Shown piece after piece: positions 20,863 through 34,689 of a stretch of 64,000 nt of DNA. Where the stretch lies: NCBI RefSeq assembly GCF_001194135.2, contig NC_068985.1, forward strand, positions 123,490,091-123,554,090, written 5' to 3'. The notes below the pieces were generated by a model, which saw only the letters and a list, made by a program, of their open reading frames with translations, did not search any database and had not been told where the DNA came from. Position numbers and translations under genes: made by a program. Position 1 is the first letter of the stretch. Each line of letters starts with the position of its first letter. This DNA comes from Octopus bimaculoides. Lineage: Eukaryota.

Positions 20863-23745
20863 GAATGGCAGAATCTTAAGAACATTGAACAAAATGCTCG
20901 CAGTATTTGTTTCACTCTTTGTGTTCTGAGTTCAATTCCTGCTGAAGTCAAATTTGCTACTCACCCTTCTCAGATCAATGAAATAAGTACCATCAAGTAA
21001 ATTTAATTGACTAACCCCTACCTCTTAAATTTATGGCTGTGTCCCTGCCTATGTTAGAAATTATTATTACTATGAAAAATGATAGGACTGATTACATTTA
21101 ACATTTTTTATTTTGTTCTCTTCCACTAAATTTTAAGTTCAAACCCTCTTGGGTCATGTTACCAGGTTAAACACATTGACCCTATCCATCCCCAACAATT
21201 ATGTGGTTTTGTGCTAATGTAATAAATCATTATTATAAAAAGCTTGAATTTGTAGAGTTGCTAAAGTGTGAAACAAAAACCCTTGCTGTATTTCTTGCAG
21301 CTCTTTTTGCTCTGAGTTCAAATCTTGCTGAGGTTAACTTTGCCGTTCATTCCCCATGTGATTAATAAAATAAAGTACCAGTCTAGTACAGGGTCAATTT
21401 AATCAATTAAGTCCCTGCTATCAAATAGCAGGCTTTCTGCTTAAATTTTAAATTATTAAAAAGAGTGGTGGATTAGCAAAATTGTTAAGAGTGTTGGACA
21501 AAATGCCTTGTATATATTCAAACTCTGCATTTTGTTTACATTTTGGATTCAAATCTTACTCAAGTTAGCTTTGTTTTCCATTCCTCCAAGGATGACAAAT
21601 TAAATACCAGTTAAGTACCGAAGTTGACATAATCCACTAACCCTCTACCCTAAGTTTCTGTTCTTGTACCTATGTTAGAAACATTATTAGAGGCAGCTAA
21701 TGGCTGAATTGACAGATCAAGATTCCTTGCTGTATTTAGTTATGTCCCTTTACATTCCCATCAAGTTAACTGACCCTTTTATCCAACCAGGGTTTATGAA
21801 ATAATTTACCTTTCAAATATGGAGTGTCAGTATAACAACAAATTTGTATCTTTGTGCCTATAGTCTCATACTGTATGACATTAGATTTAAATGTTGTAGA
21901 GTATCTAATTTTGTTTCTTCAGATTCCAGTGGGAGAAAAGCAAAGTGCAAAGCCCACCCTAGAAGATTTGAAATTTATAATTTAGAGAGATAAAAGTAAA
22001 TAATGCCATCTAACATAGGCTCAAGGCCACAAAATTTATGGGAAGGAGGAAGATTTGAATCACTTATGTGACTGGTACTTTATTTTAACAATTCTATAAG
22101 AAGAAAAAACAGCAAATTATTCCCTGGTTGATGAAATTAAAAAGTACAAGGTATTTAATTAAATGTTTTTCAGTAAATTAACATGACATTTTAAGGTACA
22201 AAATGTTGAAGGGGAAATATTTTGAAAAATGTATTTAAGACTGGACTTGTGTAATCATTGAAATAAATGATAGTTGTAGAATGCAACTAGTTGGATAGAG
22301 TGCAAACTTCACTTGAAGGTGGAGACTATTCAAATTCAGTTGAGATGAAATTGTGTAATTTTTTTAGCAAATTTTTAAAAATAAAATAAAATAATGTATT
22401 TGTATTTGGTTTTTCATATAAGCAAATGTCAGACTAAAATTTGAACAATTTTTAAAAATTAAATAATATATTGAACTAATGAAACAATGAAGCAGCTTTA
22501 TAAAATGTCTTTCTCTTCATATTTATTATTGATATTATTACTAGGGCAACATTTTATCACTTTTTATCACTAGTCAGTTAAGGGGCCTTTTCTTAAATAA
22601 GATCTGGTCTTAGATGCCTGTATGTGGAGCAGTAGCACTGTCCCAAATGTGAAAGTAAATATAGTTCGTTATGAGCCTCACCTGAGCTTTGTAAAGTGTC
22701 AGTAATTATTTGGTGTTAATATATTGCCTGGCTTTATAGAAACATGAGACCTGTCTTTAGGATATGGTCTGAGCTATGTTAAGGATGTACACAAAGGACC
22801 TGGTCAGATCCTTTGTAATAGTGAGGCCCAACATTTGAAATGATTATGAAAGCTCTAGTTGTGTACTGATTAAGTGGAGACTGGTGCAACGATAGTTTCT
22901 TGATATAAGTTGTTTGTGTTTTTACTGTTGAAAGAGACAAGATTGATGCATAAGGATGTTCGTCGTCATCATCATTATTATTATTATTTAAGGTATCAAG
23001 CTGGCAGAGTCATTAGCTCATCAGATAAACTGCTCAGCAGCATTTCTGCTAGTTCTTTACATTCTGAGGTCAAGGTCAGTTTTGCCTTTCATCCCTCTAG
23101 AATCAATAAAATAAAGTACTAGTCAAGTTCTGGGGGTGAATCTAGTTGACTTCCCTTTCTCTCAAAATTGCTGACCTTCTGCCAAAAATTTACCTTTCAT
23201 TCTTTTGGTGGTCAATAAAATAAGTACCAGTTGAACACTGGGGTTCATGTAATCAGCTACCCCATTCCCACAGAATTTTAGGCCTTGTACCTATAGTAGA
23301 AAGAATTTTTAGGTGGTGGATTGGCAGAATTATAAATAAATGACAGAAATGCCTTGCAGTATTTGTCTTGATACTGTTGAATTCAAATTCTGAATAAGGT
23401 CAACTTTATCTTTCATCCTTTCAGTGTTGATAAAATAAAATGCCAGTTTAAGATAGAAGTTGATATGAGAGACTCTCTTCCAAAATTGTTGGCCTTGTGT
23501 TAAAATTAGGAACAAATATGATGTCTTTGTTAAAGGTTTTGAATTAGCAGAATCATTGGTGCTTTGGAAAAAATACCTTTCAATGTTTATTCTTGCTCTT
23601 TACATTCTGAACTCAAGTCTCACTAAGGTGGCTTTGCCATACATCCTTTTGGGGTTCAATAAAATAAAGTACTAGTTAAATATTGACTAATACCTGTTCC
23701 CTCAGAAATTACTGGCCTTTTATCTAAATTAGAAACCATTATAGT
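20863..23745 (+). mobile_element. Cluster of about 9 degenerate SINE family A copies, nearly all head-to-tail on +
   Basis: Repeated tggcagaat head / ttctgagttcaaat / caactttgcc.ttcatcc / aataaagtaccag / ggccttgt..ttagaaa-attatt modules at about 20863, 21125, 21245, 21463, 21690, 22990, 23190, 23310 and 23540; one inverted fragment near 22000-22110. Confidence 0.85.
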
Positions 23746-24142
23746 GATTATTCCATTGGTTGCCTTATTAATCCACAAATAAAATGTGTGTGTTATATAT
23801 ACATGTGTGTGTGTATATATATATATATATATTACAGAAATGATTGAGATGGAATATATAAGAAACTTTATTGACCGCAAAAATCATTTTGACACCTCCT
23901 GCATTATTTCCTCATGGATGGGAAACTATATGATTAATTTTGGTGCATCCCATGGTGCAGAAGCATCACTTCTCTCGTTTCCATTATACTCAACACATGC
24001 TGAAGAATTCCTGAGATAGATGCAACGATGAGTGTGCAATTACCATGGATAGCATCAGGTAGCCATAGGCCGTGGTTGTGCTTTATTGGCATACAACTAG
24101 GGACACACCCAACATGTAAATTTTTAATTTAAAATCTTAACT

Positions 24143-24187
<45 letters not shown>

Positions 24188-24439
24188 GTGAGATGTGTCT
24201 ACTTTTGAGATGTCTGTGCATTTATATGTAAGAATATGTATAGCAAGAACTTATATTTATTTGTTTATTTTTATTTTTTAATTTGGAGTTTACCAATAGA
24301 AATCCATTTTAGTATTTAAGTTTTCTCCATCACCTCTCTCTGTCCATATGCTCATACAAACATGAGAGATACCCATATATCTGTGTTTGTATGTGTGTAT
24401 CCTTGTTTAAACATCAAATGGTGGTTGTAAATGAGCAAT

Positions 24440-24630
24440 ATTGTCCTACAAGCAATACTCCTTGTTTCCAGTCTTCATTGCAAAAAATATCTGCCATAGG
24501 AAAATAATACCTATTTAATAATAGGAAAACAGGTAAGAGTTGGTAACAGGAAGAGATCCAGTTGTAGAAAAATATGTGTAATTCCATCTGACCCATGCAA
24601 ACGTGAATGTTGAATGATAATGATGTGCTG
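24440..24630 (+). mobile_element. Degenerate RTE-type 3' end
   Basis: gttggtaacaggaagagatccagttgtagaaaa...gacccatgcaaacgtgaatgttgaatgataatgatg. Confidence 0.55.
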
Positions 24631-24650
24631 GCATGGCTTTCAGGTGCAGG

Positions 24651-25415
24651 CATGTATGTTTGGTTGAGAAAATTGTTTCCCTACCACACAATTTAGGGTT
24701 TAATCTGATCGCATGGTACCTTGGGTGAGTGTCTTCTACTACAGCTCTAGGTTGACCAAGGCCTCATGAGTAAATGTGGTAGATGGAATCTAAAAGAAAC
24801 TAGTCGTATGTGTGTGTGCGTGCACACCTGTGTTTGTCTCTTTGTGTTGATATGTGGTAGTTGTAAATGAGCATCACTGTCATACAAGTGGTGTCTTGTT
24901 TTCAATCTCTCTCATCATGAGATGATATTACCTTACTGAGAAATAGGTGAGAGTTGGACACAAGAAGGGCATCTGGCTATAGAAATTCTGTTTGTATATG
25001 TGTATGTGTGTGTATGGTTAAGAAACTCACTTTGCAACCCTGTGGTGCAGTACCTTGGGCAAGTATCTTCTACTATATAGCTCCAAGCTGACCAATGCCT
25101 TGCAAGTGAATTTGGTAGGCTGAAACTGTGTGGAAGCTCATCACACATACGCATACATACACATACACACGCATGCCTATGCATATAAATGTGAGTGTTT
25201 TTGTATTTGTTTTTGTCACACTCTACTACTGCTTGACAACTGTCGGTTAGTTTATGTCCCTATAACATCGTGGGTCAGCAAAAGTGTTTGATAGAAGTAC
25301 TAGACTTAAAAAGAAACACAAGTAGTGGGTCCAATTTGCTTAATAAAATCTCATCAAGGCAGTGTCCCAGTGTGACTGCAGTTCAATGACCAAAACATGT
25401 AAAAGATCAAAGTTA
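24651..25415 (+). mobile_element. Two adjacent degenerate SINE family B copies
   Basis: aggtgcaggcatg head and accttgggtgagtgtcttctactacagc at 24651-24810; second copy accttgggcaagtatcttctactata at 25010-25140, with 3' half gcttgacaact..aaggcagtgtcccagtgtgactgcagttcaatgac. Confidence 0.75.
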
Positions 25416-25903
25416 TACATACATATGTACGTATATTTGAAGATGTGGTTGTGAAATATTCTTTAAATGTTTGGGTCACCACTTGTATGAAGATGAGACT
25501 GCAAAATAAACAAATGCTGCCATTACCACAAACAACAAAACATTGAAGAAGTTTGAATGTTATTTTTCTTTGTGTAATTACAGCAGCAGTCACAGAATGG
25601 TTAACTGGTGCTGGTGTTGCTGTTGACATTCATCTTTGTTTAGCTGCTGTCAGTTTGAGTCAGCAACAGTCTACTTCCATCTACTGTCTGGACTCTGGTG
25701 TCTCTCAGTGCCCTCCTTCAAATAGCTGTGGTATGCTGAATTTATAGTGCTGGATAGGCTCAGAGAAAAAGGAGCATAAAGATGGAATTGTAGCTGGAAC
25801 CAGTTCTAGACAGTCATGATTAGTCACAATTTTTTTATCATATGAGTAATATTCTAATGAATTGTGACATCAAGTGTAATGATCTGACTGTTGAATATTC
25901 CCA

Positions 25904-25937
<34 letters not shown>

Positions 25938-25949
25938 ACATGCACACAT

Positions 25950-26180
25950 GAGGGCGAGCTGGCAGAAACGTTAGCACGCCGGGCGAAATGCATAGCCGTA
26001 TTTCGTCTGCCGCTACGTTCTGAGTTCAAATTCCGCCGCGGTCGACTTTGCCTTTCATCCTTTCGGGGTTGATTAAATAAGTACCAGTTACGTACTGGGG
26101 TCGATATAATCGACTTAATCCGTTTGTCTGTCCTTATTTGTCCCCACTGTGTGTAGCCCCTTGTGGGTAGTAAAGAAATA
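25950..26180 (+). mobile_element. Young full-length SINE family A with 8-bp target-site duplication
   Basis: gagggcgagctggcagaaacg...aaagaaata, flanked by gcacacat at 25942-25949 and 26181-26188 (low-complexity context). Confidence 0.93.
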
Positions 26181-27180
26181 GCACACATATACACAAGGTC
26201 CTGCTCACATACACACCTACACATAGTACTCATGTCCTCAAACTTTATCTTTTCCAATCTACTTCATTGGATCAAATACAAAGACTTAAACATGGCTGCA
26301 ACCACGACTAGAGATAAGGTTGCCTGGAGAGGTTTTTTCTCTCAATGCCAAGATGCTAAACAAACTTTGGATCAACAATAATAATGATGTGTTGTTAATG
26401 ATCAGAAGGTTGATAAAATAAACACTTTTGACATAAGAAATACATCTGGGCTGTATTTCTTATTTCTATTATTTTGCTTCATTTTTTTTTTGTTATTGAT
26501 CTATAGTTTCATGAAGTCTCATATATGTAAATGTTTTTAGTTATATTTTTTCAGAGTTAAAGCAATTTATAAAAATAAAACAAGTTGATAGCTTTACCTG
26601 GCATTTTGATATTTCAGGATTAGGATCCATTCCTCTGAAAATCATTGGAGATTAGTTGTTATTTGTTAACCTTTTCTTCAAAGATTTCCTGAGGAAGAAG
26701 TTCTAACCATGCAATATTGAAATATCAGGGAAAGCTATCAGCCTGTTTTATTTTTATAAATTGCTTGTTTTGGCTTTAGTAAAACAATTAAAAGCTTTTA
26801 TTTTATTATTTTATTATTTTTTTTTGTCTCAATCAGAGCAGCAGCTGCAGTGATTTTGAGGCTGTTGGAATAAAAGGAATATATTATCCTCTGTGCAAAG
26901 ATCTGGCCTGGCTGCTTACAATAGAATTAACTCTTCTAAAGCAGTCAAGGACCAGGCAATGCTGTTGTTAAACTGGGTGGTACATTAAATCTAGCTCCCA
27001 AGAACAAACCATGTCATTAATAGGCTTCCATACAATTTCTAACTACTAATTTTTTTTCCTCAAAACCTGAGGCTATGGAAGAATGCCCAAGGTAGTGTGG
27101 AGTGGGATTGAATTCAAAACTACATACATTTTGTGGAGCAAATTTCTAAACTGCACAAAATATGTGTATACACACCTACA

Positions 27181-27226
<46 letters not shown>

Positions 27227-27465
27227 AAAGAAGAAAAGAAAATAGAGATTATGAAGTTACTAAAAGTTAATAAAGAAGTGAATATGACCAATTTGTTGTT
27301 AATAATAAACAATTATTATCTTCATAAACTCCATTTTCTTTTCATTTAAATGGATATAAACTATATTCTTTATATATATACCTATTGATTTAAAGGAATT
27401 TCATTCCACCAAAATACTTTGTCGTAGTCGCCGTTGCCACCACCACCAACGGTGGTGGCGACGGC

Positions 27466-28003
27466 TTTTAATATCCGATTTCGATGCTGGTATGGGTTGG
27501 ACGGTTTGACTGAGGACTGGTGAGCCAAATGGCTGCACCAGGCTCCAATCTGATCTGGCAGAGTTTCTACAGCTGGATGCCCTTCCTAACGCCAACCACT
27601 CTGAGAGTGTAGTGGGTGCTTTTACGTTCCACTGGCACGAGGGCCAGTCAGGTGGTACTGGCAACAGCCATGCTCAAATGGTGTTTTTTATGTGCCACCT
27701 GCACAGGAGCCAGTCCAGTGGCACTGGCAACGACCTCACTTGAATGATGTTTTTCATGTACCACCGGCACAAGTCCCAGTAAGGCGATGCTGATAATGAT
27801 CACGCTTGAATGGTGCTTTTTATGTGACACCAGCATGGGATCCAGCCAGCGGCCTTGGCAACGATCACGCTCGGATGTACTTGTAATGTTTCACTAGCAT
27901 GGATGCCAGTCAGAAGGTGTTGTCATCGACCATGTCAGTGAATTTGATCTCGATTTCACTTGCCTGAACAGGTCTTCGCAAGCAGAGTTTAGTGTCCAAT
28001 GAA
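27466..28003 (-). mobile_element. RTE-type 3'UTR fragment with ~66-bp internal tandem repeats
   Basis: gctggatgcccttcctaacgccaaccactc motif; 4-5 repeats of gtgc-ttttaygtgccaccggcac..gccagtc..actggcaacgatcacgctcgaatg at 27612-27930. Confidence 0.85.
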
Positions 28004-29607
28004 ACACACGCATACATAATGTTATGTTTGTGTGTGATTAGATAGATAGATAGATAGATATGGGTGTGATAAATGAAAAAAAACCAAGTACTCAATGCAT
28101 AAAGTAGAGAAGATAACTTTTGTGGTGTGAGAAGTAGAGGGGACAGAGGATCAGTGATTGTGGCATACTGGATATTGAAAGCTTGCTCAACAAACATTTC
28201 TTTTAATGTCATGTAGAAAACAATAGTGTTTTTAGTAGATATTTCATCCCAAGCATGTAAGCAATACATTAGATTTAGGATTTTATTTTTTATTGCTATT
28301 GGATTAGAAACTTTTCAGAACTGAAGTATTTTCTGGCTCAGAGGAAAATTTTATGAACTAATTATCATGGAAAAATAAATTTTAATATCTAATTTCATTG
28401 ATCTACTTATGATCTGTTATTTTCTTGTTTCTTTTTGTTTTTAATAAATTCAATTTAAATGTTATCTATCACTAGATCAAAGTTCCATCTAATTGCTCCT
28501 TTACTAAATAATAAGAACAAAAAATTTGAGATTGATAAAATAATGTAAAAGAGTTTAAAGTACTTTTCCTGTGGTTTATAGTACATGTTGAGTATGAATG
28601 TATAGAATTTATGTTCGATCTGCTAGCTCTGATTATATTCTGTAGAGATTTTTGCTGAAATTGGTTGCTTAATTGGCCAAGTTGTTTTAGTAATTTAATT
28701 ATACTACTTCCAGCATATTCTCCCAGTAGAGTGGAAATGTGCTAAAATAATATGAATTTATAATAATGGTATTCCTTCAAACATTACAAGCAACAGCTTT
28801 CTGAAACTCTTAAGTACTGTTTTTAGTGAAGTGATAATTTCTGTTCATGTGTTTAAGCTTGTGTGAAAATAATTCGTAGACAAACAATGGAATATTTGGA
28901 AAATCACATAATCCATAATAGATTAGCCTATTCTATAATAAATAATGTATTATTATATAATAAATTAGTTTCCTTTCTTTTAAACAAATGCATATGCTGA
29001 TATACAAATAACCTTAAAAAAACTGTTTTACAGCCATTTTCCATTCTGGCGTGAAAAGAAATGTTCTCCTTCCTCTGAAGTTGGACATATGCTCACTGCT
29101 GGGACAGAATAAATATTTTTATAACTCTGCTCTCTTTACTACAAACCATTCATCTATAAACTAGCAAAGAAACCTGATGGTTTGTCAGCCAAATAACCAC
29201 CTGGATACAAATTTATGTGTCTAGTCATTCAGCACATTAATTTCAAAGCCATTGTCTTCTTAATTTTATGGGGTTTTTCTTTCTAAGATGTTTGTCAATG
29301 ATAAACACAGTTACCATCTTAACCTCACCACCCATGAAAACTGTGATGAATTTCAGCCCCTAACACAGATAACTGATTTCTTTCGTCTTTGGTGCACATT
29401 GGCAGCAAAGCATTGACGTTTACTCAGTAACACAAGAAAGAAAACTGGAATGACCAAGATCAAACCTTGGTTAGATAACCACAAGAGTACCACCTTTTAG
29501 CATGTGAGCACTGAAGGCTGTGAAGCCAACCTAAAGGAGGTTCTGGTGAAAGTGCAGATAAGTTTTGACTTCCCCTTGTTTGTATATAACTTATATATAT
29601 ATATATA

Positions 29608-29654
<47 letters not shown>

Positions 29655-31120
29655 ACCTGTTACTGTATAGATAATTTTCAAATGGTAAAATTAATCAATT
29701 CTTACAGGAGCTTGAATCAGCTACAGTTGTGGTTCTAACATGAGCGCACTCATGGCCAGTGAACCTATTAAACATGTGAAACTTGGTTTGTCATATAGCA
29801 TTCCAGCATTGCCACCTAGATCAGGTATTGACAAAACTGAATATGTATGAAGCTGAAGTTTAAAAATCAAATCAGTCAGCTACAAAGAATTATTACATAG
29901 GTATGGTTGAAGGTAAATATAGTAGAGATGATTCAAAACAGAATTGCTAGGTAGCTGAGCAGACATCATAATCAAACCACAGTAGTTTTATGCGATCAAT
30001 CTATTAAGTAACCAATCAATGTCAATCCATTGCATGATTTGATTTTCTAGAACTTTACTTTCTCTTTGTGCCCTATATAAAGATGGGTTTTGGTGGTAAT
30101 TGCAGAATGTTGAGACAGCTACACAATGTCTTCATTGTCATCACCACATTCAGCCAATTAAGATGGATGGGAGATAATAGACGAGAATTCTCAATGTCAT
30201 GAATATAGTGCAATTATTTTCCAGTTGTGATGGGCCAGCCACAGATTGCTATATCAGTTAACTTGTCCTAAATCCCAAGCAGTATGTCTTTCCCAGCATG
30301 TAATTATTTCTGTTGGTATTTGTAAAAGACCCACACAGAAAACACTGAGCAGTAGCAAAATCTTCTGATAATTGTTTGTGAGAGTTGTTAGTTACTACTT
30401 TACACAGTCCAAGAAATACATTTTCATTTACCAGCAACAACAGTAGCTACCCATCCTCCATGATTACCATTATAACACAACAATACAAACAAAGATTTTG
30501 TAGCCATAGCATATCTTTCAGATGCATGAGGTGAGGAATTCTGTGGAATTAGGGCAGTAGAATGCTGGTTACAGCATGAAATAGAGGGCCCTAGAATCAT
30601 ACATCAAAATATCAGAAAGAAGAAGTTTTATACAACTGAAAGGGCACATTTAAAAAAAAAATTAAAGCATGGGAATTGTCTGAACACTATAAATGATTTC
30701 ATTTTAGAAAATGCCATAATTTTAGAAAAACACGTGTAGTTGCTACAGATGCTGGGATGTCATTTCTCACAGAATAACTAACACTAACATTCTGTTTGCT
30801 CTACCACATGGAGCATATGATGAAAGAATAGCTGTCTCTGATTAACTGAAGTATCCACATGACCTGAACAAACCAATGGGCACAGAAATATTCTCATTTA
30901 GAAGTCATTTTAAAATTTCTTCATATTCTCTCTGCTCTGATTCTGTACATCTGGGGATGTGTACATGTTCTGCACCTACAAAACATGATGCAATATGAAA
31001 CTGAGTTAAACTATTGTTAAATGCTTGACACTTCAAATAGATTACTTTAACTATTCATATATATATATATAAATTTGTTTATAAAACACAGCTATGTCCT
31101 AAAGCAATCATATATATACA

Positions 31121-31171
<51 letters not shown>

Positions 31172-32040
31172 ATATATATATATATGAATATGTTAATATC
31201 TAGATATATTATCTTTTATATCTTTTACATCTTCTAATCTATGTATATTTACAAAAGAAATAAAAAAAATATTTATACAAACACAATAAGTCAGAAAAAA
31301 TATATGAGAGCTAAGTGAGAAGGAAACTCAGTTCTTTCATTTTCTATTTTCCTATGATCTGTGTGTTCATGTATTATGCTTTTATCTGATATAAATCAAT
31401 GTACACAATACTGATATACATATATTATAGAGTGAGAATGACAGATAAAAAAGAAAAAGGAAAAAAAATTGTATTTGTAGATGTCAGAATTTTAAGAATA
31501 ATATAGTAGACATGAGGGAATTATAAGAAATATTATGTTTAAAGAAAAGCATTTTAAAAGAAATTTTACTTCCACTGTAAGTGACAAAAGACATTTAGTG
31601 ACAGCTTTCCAAAGATGATTATTGAATTGTCAAGCCGAGTCTGTATTAATCCAATTAAATTCAATAGAACTTTGTATTGTTTAGAGCAGTGTTTCTTAAC
31701 TTTTTCTATATTTCCCCCTCCTCACCATCCTAATTTGCCTTCACAAGTGATAATAAAAATTATTCCTGTATACAAAACAATACATTACATAACATTAACC
31801 ACTATTTATTAAATGAATATTAGCTTCCTTAAAAATCAACATTAAGGAAAATAATCAAGAAAAGTAATGCAAATAATGATAAAAAAAAATTTTTCAGCCT
31901 AAAATAATTTTCCCACAAGAATCCTCCAATTTCTCATTGAAATCCTGAAATCTGGAATTTCCTCGAAATTGAGAATTGCGAATTTAAAGGAAATATAAAG
32001 TGTATTATTAAGTACTCATTTTTTTGAAAGCAGTATAATG

Positions 32041-32086
32041 TAGTTCCTCCGCCTCCTCCTCCTCCTCCTCCTCCTCCTCCTCCTCC

Positions 32087-32121
<35 letters not shown>

Positions 32122-32430
32122 TTCTCTTAATGGCAGTCTTCTGTGTTGGCATGGGTTGGGGGGTTCTACAGGATCCAATGGCTATGAGGACTGCATCATG
32201 CTCCAATGTCTGCTTTGACATGGTTTCTGTGACCAGTTGCCCTTTCTAATACCAACCATTTTAAAGAGTGTACTGTGTTCTCTTTTTTCTTTTTTGTGTG
32301 ACAACAACACTAGTGAAGTTGTTAAGTAGTCATGAGACTAAAATCCTCATCAACTGAATGGGGCTGCGGTAGAGACGAAGGCAGCGTAATGTTAGATGAT
32401 GAAAGATTGGAGATTGGGCAGGAAATAGAG
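32041..32430 (-). mobile_element. Degenerate RTE-type 3' end with compound (CCT)n(CAT)n tail
   Basis: ggcatgggttggggg, tggtttctgtgaccagttgccctttctaataccaaccattt. Confidence 0.7.
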
Positions 32431-32573
32431 GTGAATGTCTGTGTCATGTACGTGTGTGTGTGTGTGTGTGTGTGTATTTATGTATGCTTGTTGCAATAAG
32501 TCTCACATCAACCTCATGGATTACATCTCAACCTGCTCAAAGTGTTATTCACTGAAAATACATGAAAATTATG

Positions 32574-32712
32574 AACTTGCTTACAAACCACATGGTTCTG
32601 GGTTCAGTCCCACTGCGTGGCACCTTGGGCAAGTGTCTTCCACTATTGCCTCGGGCCGACCAAAATCTTGTGAGTGGATTTTGTAGACAGAAACTGAAAG
32701 AAGCCCGTCGTA

Positions 32713-32759
<47 letters not shown>

Positions 32760-32978
32760 ATGTGTGTTTGTGTGTCTGTGTTTGTCCCCCCCACCATCAC
32801 TTGACAACCGATGCTGGTGTGTTTACCTCCCTGTAACTTAGCGGTTCGGCAAAAAGAGACCGATAGAATAAGTACTAGGCTTACAAAGAATAAGTCCTGG
32901 GGTCGATTTGCTCGACTAAAGGCGGTGATCCAGCATTGCCGCAGTCAAATGACTGAAACAAGTAAAAGAGTAAAAGAG
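32574..32978 (+). mobile_element. Young SINE family B (slightly 5'-truncated) with internal (TA)n(TG)n
   Basis: ccacatggttctgggttcagtcccactgcgtggcaccttgggcaag (B-box GTTCAGTCC); 3' half ends gactgaaacaagtaaaagagtaaaagag. Confidence 0.93.
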
Positions 32979-33739
32979 TAATTACAAATTAATTAGGGCT
33001 TTGACATAAATCTATTGTAAAGACATAAAATGGTAAGAACCAATTTTTGGTATGCCATATCCAAGAAACGTGTCTTATTCATATCTTCAGACAGTATCAA
33101 AAAGATTATGTCCCTTCTGGCTTGCATATACTTGGCAACTGATTACATGGCATTAAATATACAAAAACCAACTAAAACAAAGAGTAGGTTTATACCCAGT
33201 TGAGTTGTACTATCTTTTGAGGCAATGACTACCTCAAAAATATGTTCAACTTTAATTACATTCTTGGGAGCATTATCTATGTGGTAATAACACTCACATG
33301 AACTCTACAGAGAACAGCACAGCTTATGAAATTGAAAGTACAGAGAGATTGATTATAGATAATCATAAATTACTTAGGATTAGATAAATCTAAAGTAAAG
33401 AAATAAAATGGACAGAACTAATCTTTTACCATGTAAAGGAAATATGCATAATCTTACCTCACATTTCTCCTCCATCACAAACATGCTTCTCTGATTCTTC
33501 ATGTCTTTAGGCAAAAAATCCTTTGTGGCCAGCATAAATACAACAATAAAGGGTAGTATAAAACATTTGTTAAATAGCAACTGAAGATTGTGTTCACCTC
33601 TTCTAGTATTAGTAGTTGTAGTAGTTTAGCTCAGGTCATCCTTGACTGAGCAAATCTATGATCAAAAGAATGGACTAAAGAGAACACATGGAATGGAGAG
33701 TTGCTGAAGAGGTCACAGGATGTGACACAATAGATTTCA

Positions 33740-33850
33740 GACAAAGGACACTAAAATAAAGAAGCATCAGTTGTGGTGTGCAAGAGAGACGATTGTGTTG
33801 GTATGGTCATGTGGCGAGAATGGATGATGGTGGTGGTGGTGGTGGTGGTG
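33740..33850 (+). mobile_element. RTE ORF2 C-terminal fragment
   Basis: agaagcatcagttgtggtgtgcaagagagacgattgtgttggtatggtcatgtg = RSISCGVQERRLCWYGHV, the same sequence type as 36375-36427. Confidence 0.8.
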
Positions 33851-33984
33851 TACTCCTGTAAATACTGAGCCCAGCAAAAATAATAGAATGCTTTAGACTC
33901 AAATGTCTTTGATCATATTGTTATATTCAGGGATTGTAATTGTTTTTTTATTTTATTTTTTGCCAAATAACCACGCAGACTATA

Positions 33985-34445
33985 TACTGCCGCTGCTGCC
34001 GCCGTCGTCGCTGCCGATGCCGTCGCTGCCGCCGCCGTCGCTGTCGCCGCCNNNNNNNNNNNNNNNNNNNNNNNNNNNNNNNNNNNNNNNNNNNNNNNNN
34101 NNNNNNNNNNNNNNNNNNNNNNNNNNNNNNNNNNNNNNNNNNNNNNNNNNNNNNNNNNNNNNNNNNNNNNNNNNNNNNNNNNNNNNNNNNCGCTACCGCC
34201 ATCGCTGCCGCCGTCGCTGCCGCCGCCGCCGACGCCACTGCCGCCGCCGTCGCTGCCGGCGTCGCTGCTGCTGCTGCCGCTCCTGCAGCAGCTGCCACCG
34301 CCTCCGTCTCCACCACCGCTGCCGTCATCATCATCATCGTCACCACCACCATCATCATCATTGTTTAACATCTACTATTCCATGCTCATATGAGTTGAGT
34401 GGGATTTTCTATTTCTGAATGATGCTCTTCCTGTCACCAACGCTT
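33985..34445. repeat. CpG-rich (GCC/GCT/GTC)n trinucleotide tract spanning an N-gap, grading into a (CAT)n RTE-type tail
   Basis: Seen directly; followed by catcattgtttaacatctactattccatgct, a minus-strand RTE-type terminus. Confidence 0.85.
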
Positions 34446-34689
34446 ATCTGTTTCCATCTAAGCTAATATTTCCCCATGACTAGACATGTTTCAGAAAATT
34501 GGAGAGAAAGGACACTGCTCACAACTATTGTGCAGTATCATGATAAGGAGACAGTAACATGCACATACAAACATGCTTACATATACATAAATGCATATAC
34601 ATATACATAAATATACACATGCACACACACACATACACACATATAAACAGACAGACAGACGGACAGACAAATAAATAGATACACTTATT

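Noticed and set aside
25950-26030. tRNA genes
   Set aside because: A/B-box sequences here and elsewhere are SINE heads with no complete cloverleaf.
25585-26990. Acceptor-like sites (ttacag at ~25600, aatcag at ~26835) suggesting extra exons
   Set aside because: No matching donors or protein similarity; such motifs are common by chance in AT-rich DNA.
27612-27930. CRISPR-like repeat array
   Set aside because: Eukaryotic context, no unique spacers, degenerate units inside a retroposon 3'UTR.
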